DNA from: Tubulanus polymorphus
Taxonomy: Eukaryota; Animalia; Nemertea
Direction of reading: 5' to 3'
Assembly: GCF_964204645.1 (NCBI RefSeq)
Contig: NC_134034.1
Span: 5,492,914 to 5,556,913, forward strand
Length of the DNA: 64,000 nt
Below are positions 25,601-37,600 of the stretch, one piece after another. A program made the position numbers and the translations under genes. The notes under the pieces were generated by a model that was not told the origin of the DNA, did no database searches, and was given only the letters and a program-made list of their open reading frames with translations. The stretch's first letter is position 1; the number at the start of each line of letters is the position of its first letter.

Positions 25601-28600
25601 AAGCTTATCAAAATTGTCAGATTGTCAAGCATACCACCAAGTGGGCATAGCGTCCCTGGACCTCTAGTCTTTCAATTCAATTCCAGGTCAAGCAACATCC
25701 GAAAACAGAATGAAAATATATTTAGCGATCCTAAGCAAATGGAAGATCTTATCAACATTCTGCTACCTTTGATGTTGCAGATCTGGGTCGAAAGTTCTCC
25801 ATCTCAGCTTGTTGCTAACACCTCAGGTATACATGTTGTTCACTATTTAGTTCATCAATTCGTTATCAACAGTGCACATTTTACATGGATTGATATTTTT
25901 CTGGCATACATGTGTACATGATATGTTAAATTAGCTATAGCTTTCCCTTGCAATGAATGAAATTAGGTTTTACTGAGGGCAGGCAGCGTTCTTGTTCTTT
26001 CAATAAACCTCCTGCTGAAACACATATATCAACAGATGGAGAGCTATTTTTATGAAAGTCTCTTGGTGAAGTACTACTATTATCTTGGCAAAAAGTGTAC
26101 AATCGACAGGAAAACGTCTGATTGAAACCGGGAAGCATCCTGAAACTCTCATTCAATTCACAAATATCATGCAACGTTAGTCGTTTGTTGGGGATAGAAT
26201 CCTTGCATTATTTGGCCTGCTAGATTTGTGTACAGTTTTTGCATGTTTTGTTCTGAGATTTGTATATTTTGAGATGGTACCTCGCCCGGAGCAGAATCAC
26301 AATAGCAAAAATAGTTCTGCCATTATCATGTTCACTATAATTGCATAGTTTGGCCTTACAACACGTCCTGTTGTATTATTGAGCTTTTTCCTTAAAGTCA
26401 AAGCTTGTATTTCATAAACACTGGATTTTTTCTTACCTGTGATGTGAGCTTCCATTGTAACTCAATTATTTCTTGAAAATGTGAAATCATAGTGTTTTCT
26501 GATAAAGACCATATTGTATTGAAAGACGAGTATAGCTCTTGGATTAGCAGAATCTCACGGGATTGTGCTTTACATTTCTAAAACTGTACATTTCAGGTGA
26601 TTCTTCAGCTGCTGAAACAGCCAAGACAATGATGAGCATTATTGAAGTCATTCACTTGCTCTGGCAATGTGTATATCTGTTCACCTTTGATGGATTTCAA
26701 TATGATGTAAGTGACTTCAAGAAATTGAGCTCAATCACTAATCACAACTAGAATATAATTTAAAGAGTTCTTTTTTAGCCCACTTGGGACTTAGTTATCA
26801 CTGTCATAGCATACAATTTGTCTATTTATATTTGTACCTCTGCATATTTTGGTACAACAATCAATTGCTAAGTTGTAGCTCATGAAATGTTCTATGATTG
26901 TGGTGAATTTCAGGGTCATTGGTTTTTGTATCTGGTCACCAGGGGGCGTTGAATACCAGAATATGTTAATTATTTCCATATTGTATTGGTACGTTGGCAT
27001 ATATTTTTACCACAATCAATTGCAAGATTGTAGCTCACGACATGTTCTATAACTATGGGGAGCATATTTTCGAGAATTCGGCACCAGCGAAATAGGATAC
27101 TTCATTAGCACCGAATCTAGTGTGAACGCGGCTACGGATATGGAATGAAATGACAATGAAATTGTATATTCTCGATAGATATAGATAGCGGCCTAGTGGA
27201 CGCACGCAAATAGTGGATCTCCGACATTACTTGTCAATTATTGGATAATACTTTAATCATGGATTATACTTTAAACAGAGACAATTCATGTAAGTTTGAG
27301 GCAGTTCGGGAGAAAACTGTCACATTTGGACATAGTGAACGCTCTGAAAGAGAAAATTGACGTTAGCAAGGTTATATCGGTCCAGCTGACGAACTCGTAC
27401 TGTATCGTGACTACCGCCGACGCAGCTACCAAGGACAAATTATTTAAAACTGAGCTGAGTATTTTAGATCGTACTGTAGAAATTACAGATGTGTCGGTAA
27501 ATTTCATCAACGTGAAAGTGGTCGACGCTCCAATTGAGATGGACGATAATATTATAGCTTCATTCATCTCGAAATTCGGGGACTATGTTAATGGATCTAT
27601 TAAAAGAGGAGTGATAAAGGGAACCTCTATTGTCACCGAAACAAGATATTTGAAGCTTTATAACATCAAGGAGATCATGCCGAATTTCAAAAAAATCGGG
27701 AATTTTGATATACGTTTATATTGTGACACCTTATGTCAGCTTTGCAGGAGTAGTGATCATAAATTCTATAACTGCCCGCAACGGGCTAGTGATCGCCACA
27801 ATCGTCGCCTTTGCGGTGAGTGTAAATCACCCAATCACGTGGTCCGAGACTGTCCGTTAATTAAGGAAACTGTGATCAAACCAGTTTCCAGCGATGAATT
27901 AATCACAGCAGTAAACTGTCTGCTAAATCAATTGAAAGTGATCCCCAAAAATCAGGTCAACCAATATCAGCCCCAGCCGACCAAGTTAGCAGGAATACTT
28001 TACCGAGGCTATTGTACACCTCGGCACGAACGACGTCAACCGTTACAAGTCAGACACTGATTGTATTAAACTTAACATGACGCTTGCCATTGCCAAAAAT
28101 TTCAAAATGCAAAAGTCTGCGTTTCAAGCATAATTCCCAAGAAAGGGATTAACAACACTACAGAAGATTTTAATGCTGCATCGAGCATGGTCAACTCGTA
28201 CATGGATCGTTTCTGTAGCAAACAAAATCTACTTTTCATTAACAACGATACAATTCTGAAACCTTCTGGATCGATCAGAGATCGCTACTACAGCCCTAGT
28301 GACAAGAATGGCATTCACTTAAACGAACTCGGGAAATCCGCACTCGCATCACACTTCTACAACATTCTTTTTGATAGTCAAGCTGAAGTCTTCAGTACTC
28401 CCGTCACGAATAAGCGGAAGGATCGCTCACTTACACAGACACCACCAAGTACCGAAAAAGCAATCAAGAAACAAAATGTTGATATTGTATAGTGGGATAT
28501 CAAATTATTTGTTCCCCAAATATGCTTAAAGTCTCTATAATCTTATTTGATCTGAATACTTTATTCAATCTAATCATATCTATCGAATGGATCTACCTGA

Positions 28601-31600
28601 ATGTGTCAATTGTAGTTACTATACTTCTACGGATTCAATCTGAAATCTAGTGATGGAGTGCCCTTGAGTGTATTCCTTTCTAATGTACGCAGTGCCAGGA
28701 AAAACTTTGATAGTTTGGCTGAATATATCCATATAATTAACCATGATTTTAGTATAATTGGTTTATCGGAAACTTGGACAGACTCCAATGTACCAAATGA
28801 ATCTTTGTTTCATTTACCTGGCTTCACTAGTGTCTTCCGAAGTAGACTAAATAAGGGAGGGGGTGGAGTCGGTCTTTTGATCAATAATGCTATATCTTTT
28901 AAGATCAGGGATGACTTAAATCTAGCTGAGTCCTTATTTATTGAAACAATCTGCAAATTCTAAACGTAAGCTAATTATTGGCGTTCTATATCGCGCATCC
29001 GACTCAGATTTAAACGAGAGGTTAACGGTCTAAATGTTATTCTCATGGGTGATTACAATATTGACTTCAGTAAGTTTGGCAAAAAAAACTTAAGTGACAA
29101 TATTTCCGTCGAGTACTGTACCCTTTCCTATGGTTTTTGCCAATATTTTCTAAATTTGGATTGATCGCCAATGGTTTTTCTATAAAACCCGACCCTGCGG
29201 TATTGCATTTAGCCACCGGTGAAATCCGCCATCTTTTTTCTTGGCGTTCTCGCAGTAGAACGCGTTGGATTTTTTCGCCGTAAAAATCTGGGAATTAAGA
29301 TATTAGGGAGTTTTCACTCTCATAACGGTGAGTCCGTTCGGTTTGGGGGTTATCCCTGGTTTCTATTTTTCCGTAAGAATTTTATTTACAAATATAATTT
29401 GATTGAATTGAATTGTTTTGATTTGTAACAGGATAATTATGCCACCCCCTCCTAAGGGTCAACATCGTGGCGGGGAGGGATGCGGGCATTTGTTTGGCGC
29501 CTGGGACAACCACGATTCATGTGCGTCGTGCTGGCGCAAATCCGGTCAAATATGTGCAAGGAGCAATCCTTGCAAGATTTGCGAGGTGTGGTCCGAGGAC
29601 CTTTGGCTTCGGGCCGATAAGGCTCCTAAACTAAGAGATCTCCGTCGAGTAGCAGGGATTCGTCGGTTTCGGCCGACGTGCCTACCGACGTTTCTAATCC
29701 TGTTTCTTATCGTAAAGAGGAGCGGTCGCCGGTCGTTCAGGTACAATCGGCTTCCCAACTGCGTTCACCGGGGGGGGAACGCTGGTTCACCGGCACCAGT
29801 CTCCGGTCATTCAACGGTCTCTGGTCGTTCACCGGTTCGGCCGGTTCAGACTACATGTTCGGAACCGAGCGCGCGCCGCGGTAGTCGCGAACAGCCCGCA
29901 CCGGTTCGGTCGGTACCGGGTCGGGCATTGGTCCGGTTCGGGCACCGGTCCGGTCCAGACGTCGTCTGGTTCAAAACATCCGGTACGTTCATTGTCTGAT
30001 TCTGATCGTCGCTCCGGGGATAGAGCTCGCTCTCCCACTAGATTTAGACGCTGTGAGCGTAATAAACGAGCAAGATCTCCTTCTCGCAGATCAAGGTTTG
30101 ATCACGAGAGGGACTACGATCGTTATTGTCGGAAGTTTCGCCGTCGGTCTTCTCATCGTTCGTCGACGTCGGTTAGCGATGAAAGCGATTCTTCTAGTAG
30201 GTCTCGATCCCGTTCGAGGTACTGTCACCGAAGTCGGCATGATCGTCAGGATACTGGAAAATACCTGACTCGGAAGGATTTCCATGTATTTGAAGAGAGA
30301 ATTTTAAACTTGTTATCTTCGTCGCAACAAGTTGCTGCAACCTCTACAACAGGTAGGCCTATTCCTGATTGTCCGGTTAGAAGTTCGCCAGCCCACTCAG
30401 TTCTTCGGAATTCTCACTCTGAATTCCTGGATGCTGCGGTAGGGTCTGATTTCAGGATTTGAGGATCCGGTCCCAGAAGCGGCAATTCCTTCTGGGGTCG
30501 TTCCTGTCACGAGCAATTGTGGGTTGCCCCAGACGATGGGGGCTTCCCTGGCTCGCAATGTATCTCCGTCCCGTTCAGTTTTATCCGAACCAGCGGGAGA
30601 CATGCCATTTAGAGCGATGATAAGTGAGTTCTTTGTCAAGCACGGGGCAACTCGCGCTAAGCCCACAGCAGCTCCTCTGGTCGGTGAGTCAATGGAAGCT
30701 TATCGCCCTCCGGACTCCGATCTTAACGTTTTACGGGAATCGTCAGCGGTTTCGAGAGAATGGGCTCGATTGGATACGCAATTATGGGGTGAATGTCGGC
30801 CTGGAACATTTTCATTTCCCCCTCCAGAACGGGGTATGAAATCTGGGAAATATTTTAGTTCAACCGATCCACCTATAGGCGTAATTTCGCTCGGCGTATT
30901 ACGCAACTCCAGGTGCTGTGGATCACAGTCATAACTGCCTGGATGCTGATTCTACTTTGATCAGCCCGGATACTGTTACAGCACAGTCGGGTATTCGTTT
31001 GCCTAAGTCCGGTTTGGTGGCCATGACGTCAATCCTGGACAATCTTACCAGGGTTGGTTCGTTTCAAGATATGGCACTTAAGGTGTTGACGGGTGAGCTT
31101 CGCGAGACTCACGCCGCCGTTCATGCGGGCTCCGACCCAGAGTCAGTTGCCCTAAAACTGGAGGGAATGGACCGGGTTATCCAATCTTTGGCTCGGTCTG
31201 TTTCGCATGTAATTCCGTTGTCGGTTCGGGGTCAGGCTAATCTTGTGTTAGCCTCCCGTCAGTCAGTGATGGACTCCAGTTCCAAAACTCGTCTACCGGA
31301 TATGGTGTCCAATGCTTTGCTGAGAGCCCCATTGGGGACGTCTTCACGTCTCTTCTCCGGTTGGTGCGCTCCGGTTTCCGCAGAGCTGAGGAAGATTCTG
31401 GAGGTTCAGGCCAAGTCCAACCCCCGAACTCCGTGGAAAAAGCGTTCTGGTCCGACGCCGGCGTCGAAGGTTCAGCACGGACGCAAACAGGACCATCTCA
31501 AACTTCAGCGCTTTCTCAGGCGGCTTCGGATGCCGGTTGGAGAACTAGCGCGCAACTTCAACAATCGTGTCAAGCCTCGTCCGGTCGTAACAGTTCCGGT

Positions 31601-34600
31601 GCATATCGAGGCAAGGGGAAGGCTCCAAAAAGGGGCTCTTCCTTTCGGAAAAACTCGAAATGAATTCTTGGGACCAGTGGGAGGTTGTCTGCAGCAGGCA
31701 GCAACCCACTGGTCCGACCTCTTTGGAGACGGTTGGCCCTCCCGGGTCGTCTCTCGTGGTTACCGTCTCCGTTTCCTAAGGCGACCGCGCCTGATGAGGT
31801 CACCTCCCGACATGCAGTCAAAACCAGGTCAGGAGGCCTTAATCTCTCCGGCTCTCAAGGAATTGGCCGAGAAGGGAGCGATAGAACCAGTTTGCAACGA
31901 AACTTCTCCCGGCTGGTTTTCTCGAATATTCATGGAACCAAAGGCCACAGGGGGTCAACGGACAGTGATAGATCTGTCATCCCTCAATCGGCACCTAGAC
32001 ATTCCAAGGTTCCGGATGACCAAGCCCAAGGACGTGATTCAAGGGCTCCGTCCGGGTCAATGGGCGGCTTCATTGGACCTGAAAGATGCTTACTTTCAGG
32101 TTCCAATTCACCCAAAATCTTGGCGATTTCTCAGGATAAATTGGAAAGGCCGCCAGTTCCAATTCAGGTCTCTTCCATTTGGCCTCAATACGGCCCCATG
32201 GGTTTTCACCAAGTTGGTCAAGTCAGTTCAGAAGGTACTTCAGTCAAGGGGTGTTCGACTGTTCGTTTACCTCGACGACTGGTTAATAGTCACAAATTCG
32301 GCTCAGGAATGTCGGGAGGCAATGACCTCAGTCTTGGACTTAGTCCATCAGCTAGGGTTCAGCGTGAACAGGGAAAAATCTCAGTTGACGCCGGCCCAAC
32401 AGTTCACTTATCTCGGCATGGACTTCGATCTCCGAATCGGCAAAGTCTTTCCGTCTATGGTTCGAGTAGCCAAACTTCAAGAAGCTGTAGCGGGAGTGTC
32501 TACAACCCCGAGAACAGCTCGTTACTGGTCACGGCTTCTAGGCTCCATCAGCTCCATGGGTCTGGTGGTGCCCTTAGGCCGCCTCAGAAGCAGGCGCTTG
32601 CAACAATATTGGAAGGTCTTCTGGTCTCAGTCGAAGGGCAACTGGGAGGCCTTGATTCCCGTACCTCCACCCGATCTAAGTCCGGATCTTCAGTGGTGGG
32701 CGGCAACTACGAATCTTCGGCTCGGGGTGTCACTAGCCCCGTTAGAGGCTCCAGTTCGTGTATTCACGGATGCCAGTCACCAAGGATGGGGGGCACATCT
32801 GGAGAACCGAGTCAAAGCCGGGAGATGGTCTCGCTACGAGGCCACCAACCACATAAATTTCCTAGAAATGCTGGCCGTGTGGAAGGCCCTGAAGTTCTTT
32901 CACAGGAGAGTGGAGGGCCACCACGTTTGGTTAGCGACAGACAATTCAACAGTGAGGGCTTACCTTCAGAACCAAGGGGGCACTCACTCAGAAACCCTCA
33001 CAGGTCTGTCGGCCAAAATTCTTCTTTGGTGCCAGACAAAGGGCGTGTCCCTGACTGTGGCACATTTAGCAGGGAAAAGGAACGTGATGGCCGATGCTCT
33101 GTCTCGTCGAGGTCAGGCTATTGCGACAGAATGGGTTCTCCACCAAGAAGTAGCCGGGTTCGGGGCATGTTTGGCAATCCGCTGCTGGATCTGTTTGCCA
33201 CCCGGTTCAATCGGAGGTGTCCTCTGTTTGTGTCCCCGTTTCCAGACGCGGAAGCGTGGGGGTCGATGCCTTCTCTCTGGACTGGTCGGGGATGCATGCG
33301 TATGCGTTCCCGCCCACACCAGTCCTGTCGCGCTTACTGGATCAAATAGAGAGATCAGTCAATTGCAACATAGTTCTGGTAGCACCATGTTGGCCGGCTT
33401 AGAAATGGTTCCTACCACTTCTCAACCTCCTGTGCGACAACCCCAGGATTCTTCCGAATTTCCCATCGCTTCTGTCTCAGGGGAACTTTCAGGATCATCC
33501 AAACAGCCAGTGGTTAAATCTGCTCGCCTGGCCATTGTCCAGCGATCCTTGTCAGCTTCAGGCTTTTCAGAACAGGCTGCCTCCTTTATCGCAGGATCTA
33601 AGCGGCCATCAACAAGTACCATTTACGATGCCAAATGGAGTCATTTTGCGGATTGGTGTGCTGCAGGGGAAATTGATCCATGCTCACCCTCTGTAGCTCA
33701 ATTGGCAGATTTTTTACTGCACCTATTTGTAGTAAAAGGTTTGCAGGTCATATCTATTAAAGGTTACCGCTCCGCGATTTCTCATACATTGCGTGCTTCT
33801 GGATGGCCAAATGTAGCAGGGGATCATCGGATATCCCAGCTGGTTGCAGGGTTTTCTATTTCCCGGCCTCGGGTACCAAGGACAGTTCCACCATGGGATC
33901 AGTCTGTAATTTTGAAGAAGTTAATGGAGGCTCCTTTTGAACCTCTTTCGGCAGCGTCATTTGCAATTTTGTCAAAAAAGACTGTATTTTTGCTGTTCTT
34001 GGCTTGCTCGGCCCGTCGCTCTGAGATTCATGCGCTTTCAGTCCGACAAGGTCATATTGTCTTTGGGCCAGCGAAGGAATTTGTTTCGCTGCGGCCTGCT
34101 TTGGAATTTTCCCGGACAGGACTTTATGTCCTGTGCGGGCGTTGTGTTTCTATTTAGATCGCTCTGCTTCACGGAGGGGTTCACCGGAGCGGTTATTTAT
34201 TCCGCTGCTGGATCACCTAAAGGGTGATATTTCGCGGGACACAGTGGCCCGATGGGTCTCTTCACTGATCAAGGACATTTTATTGAAGGAGAATCTTTCC
34301 TCGGAGGGAGTGGTTTCTCATCAAGTGAGGTCTATGGCTACTTCCTGCGCAGCCTTTTCGGGTGCTCCGTTGGAGGAAGTCTGTCGGGCCGCCTTTTGGA
34401 ATTCTCCATCGACATTCACGTCATTTTAATTACGGGATGTTTCAGGCCAGTTAGGCTCATTAGCTTCACTTGGTCCTGTTGTCATGGCTCAAGGTGTCCG
34501 TTCTTTCCGATCGGACCCTTTAGTCTATAATATTTATGTTGCATTATCAGGATCACAGGGGGTGTATCCTTGTACATAGTTTGGGCTCATATCTGCAAGT

Positions 34601-37600
34601 ATTAATTTCGCAAAATTCTGGGGGGGCCCCTGAGCTGGACGGACTCACTGTGGCCAACCGATCTTCCCTGTGCTACAGTGCTCCATTCCGTGCTTGGGTA
34701 AGTGCTCTCTTTTTCCCTCTTACCTTGCGTTTGAGCGGTGGTTTTTCTATCTACCTTTCCCACCATCCTTGTGCTAGGCTAGTCTAGCAAAAACCATAGG
34801 AAAGGGTACAGTACTCGACGGAAATATTACAATTTTTGGAACTAAAATTTGTATTTCCGAGTAGTACTTACCCTTTCCTATGGTGGGAATCCTGCCCACC
34901 TGCCCCGCATAGCTGTTTTTTTTTTGGTCTGCTATGACGTAAAAAGATGGCGGATTTCGCCGGTGGCTAAATGCAATACCGCAGGGCCGGGTCGTATAGA
35001 AAAACCATTGGCGATCAATCCAAATTAAGAAAATATTGGCAAAAACCATAGGAAAGGGTAAGCACTACTCGGAAATACAAATTTTAGTTCCAAAAATTGT
35101 AATTTTATGAATACTGCGATTTCTAATTCCTTTTTGCCCCTCATCACTTTACCTACTCGTGTCACCGAGCACTCTGCGACAGTTATTGATAACATTTTAA
35201 TTAACTTTATCGACGAATTCCAAACTCTAAGCGGCGTTTTTTTGCTGATCTTACGGATCAATACCCAACTTTTGCCGCCATTCAAGGTGTGTGTGAGACT
35301 AAACCCGACAAATCCCTGTCGAAAACACAGGTCCGTGATATTAACTCACGGTCAATTGAACATTTCTCACGCTCTTTGTTGGCCAGTAACTGGCAGAATG
35401 TATATAATAACGACTACCCTGACATGTTGTGTAACAAATTTTATAAAATTGTGAACAGCTGTTATGATACATGTTTCCCTATTAAACAAATCACACCGAA
35501 AAAAGCCAATAAGCCGTGGGTTACAAATGGTATTAGAAACTCTATTAAGTGTAAAGATAAATTATATAAGAAATATTTTAAGAATAAAAGCAAGCAGAAT
35601 AAAGATAAATATTGTAAATATAGAAATATGTTAAATGCTCTACTTAAGAAAAGTAGAGAAATAGAGGGAAATTTTTATCATGTAAATCGGATCCAAAGGA
35701 AATATGGAAAACTGTTAACACTTTATTCAGTAAGGCCAAACATAAGGGCCACGAGGACCAGTTTTTGCACGAAAATATGGTATTGATTGATGCGAAAGAA
35801 ATATCCAACAAATTCAATAATTATTTTGTAAATATAGCTACACAATTAGAATCTCGGATACCCTCATCAGAAAAAGACTTTAGATTTTCTTGGCGAAAAA
35901 AATAATAATAATTTTTTTCTATCTCCTACCTGTCCTAGAGAAATTGAAGAAATAGTTATGAATTTTAAAAAGAAAGCTTCCAGCGGATGTGATAATATCA
36001 GTATGGAAATGCTCAAAGCTATTATATCCTCAATTTCCCAGCCTTTGTCTCATATCTTTAATTGTAGCTTCATTTCGCGAGTTGTACCGAGTATTTTCAA
36101 AATCGCACATGTTACACCAATTTTCAAAACGGGTGATAGAACTATTTTTAGCAATTATCACCCAATTTCTATCCTTCCATCGACCTCTAAAATTATAGAA
36201 AAACTAGTCTATAACAGGTTATTGAAATTTTTAGATAAGTTTAACCTTTTAGCTGAGCGCCAAATTAGCTTCAGGAAAAACCGTTCCACGGCCTCAGCAT
36301 TAACTTCCATCACTGACAAAATAGTTGAATCTCTTGATAAGGGCCTCATTACAGCCGGTGTATTTATTGATCTGTCCAAAGCATTTGACACTTTTAACCA
36401 TAAAATTCTAATTACTAAACTAGAACATTATGGTATCCGTGGTTCCCCCTAAAGTTTGTTCTATAATTATCTCCTAGATAGGAAACAAGCTGTAAAGTTT
36501 AATAACTGTTTATCTAACCACAAAATTATTACTTCCGGAGTCCCACAGGGGTCTATTTTAGGTTCCCTGCTGTTTCTTATTTATATCAATGACTGTCCAT
36601 CCTCTTGTAAGCTTTTACAATCAATATGATTTGCCGATGACAGCAACTTTTTTTACAGTGATCGAGACCCAAAAAAATTAGAGCATACGTTAAATTCAGA
36701 ACTATCAAGTTTATTACCGTGGTTTAGAGCCAATAGATTATCTGTAAATATAGATAAAACTCAGTATATGGTATTTGGCAATAGGGGCCACCTAGGACTT
36801 AATATCTTTCTTGGAGATAAAATCATTAATCGTGTTGATAGTGCGAAATTTTTAGGTGTAATTTTTGATCGTAATTTAACATGGAAAGATCATATATCGT
36901 CTGTCTGTAAAAAGGTTTCTCGGGGGATTGGAATAATCAATAGACTCAAAAACTTCCTGCCATTCGATATTCTCAAAAATCTCTATCATTGTTTTGTCCA
37001 CTCGCATTTGCAATATGCAAATCTTGTTTTGGGTAACGCCTGTACATCATATTTACAACCTTTATTTATACTACAAAAAAGGGCCCTTAGAACCATTACT
37101 CAATCCTATTGGCTTGAACACACCTCTCCAATATTTCGCAAACTACATATTCTAAAACTGGAGAATATCCACAAATTCCAAATTGGTTATTTTGTCTTCC
37201 AACAGATTAGCCATCTCCTACCTGAAATTTTCAATCATTTCTTTAACTTCAGAAACAACATTTATAGATGTAGGCCGACTCGCAGGCCGCGGGACCTACA
37301 TATAGCATTTGCTAACTCCAATTACAAATACAAGTCTGTCAAAATCGAAGGGGCAAAATTCTGGAACAGTTTAAGCACAAGCCTCAAATGCCCTCAATCT
37401 CCATCAGCTTTTAAAAATAGTCTTCATTTCCTTAGTTCTAAATATTGATAGATACCCTTTGCGTTCTACTTGCTTGTTCTTCCATTTTGAATATATGTAT
37501 ATATCCTTATGTTTGGTAACGTGTGCACATTAGAGTGAATGAGGGTGTGCATGTGGGAGTGAATGGATGAGGGATTAGGACTAGTTTAAGCCAACTTTGG

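Larger units (their letters stand above)
29099..35100 (+). mobile_element. Full-length DIRS1-like tyrosine-recombinase retrotransposon (6.0 kb)
   Basis: Left ITR about 29099-29240, ICR about 34787-34883, right ITR about 34940-35100. Encodes gag-like ORF1, RT (DLKDAY, YLDD), RNase H (FTDAS, HINFLEM, TDN, NVMADALSR), an MTase-like domain (DLFA, YAFPP) and YR (SARRSEI, HQVRSMATS). Confidence 0.95.

Noticed and set aside
31685-33349. 554-aa overlapping ORF as a novel gene
   Set aside because: It is the known overlapping N-terminal extension of DIRS ORF3, fused by a frameshift to part of the MT domain.
30918-34157. 1079-aa ORF as a natural gag-RT-YR polyprotein
   Set aside because: The fusion results from frameshifts joining ORF1, ORF2 and ORF3 segments; out-of-frame stretches are visible at the joins.
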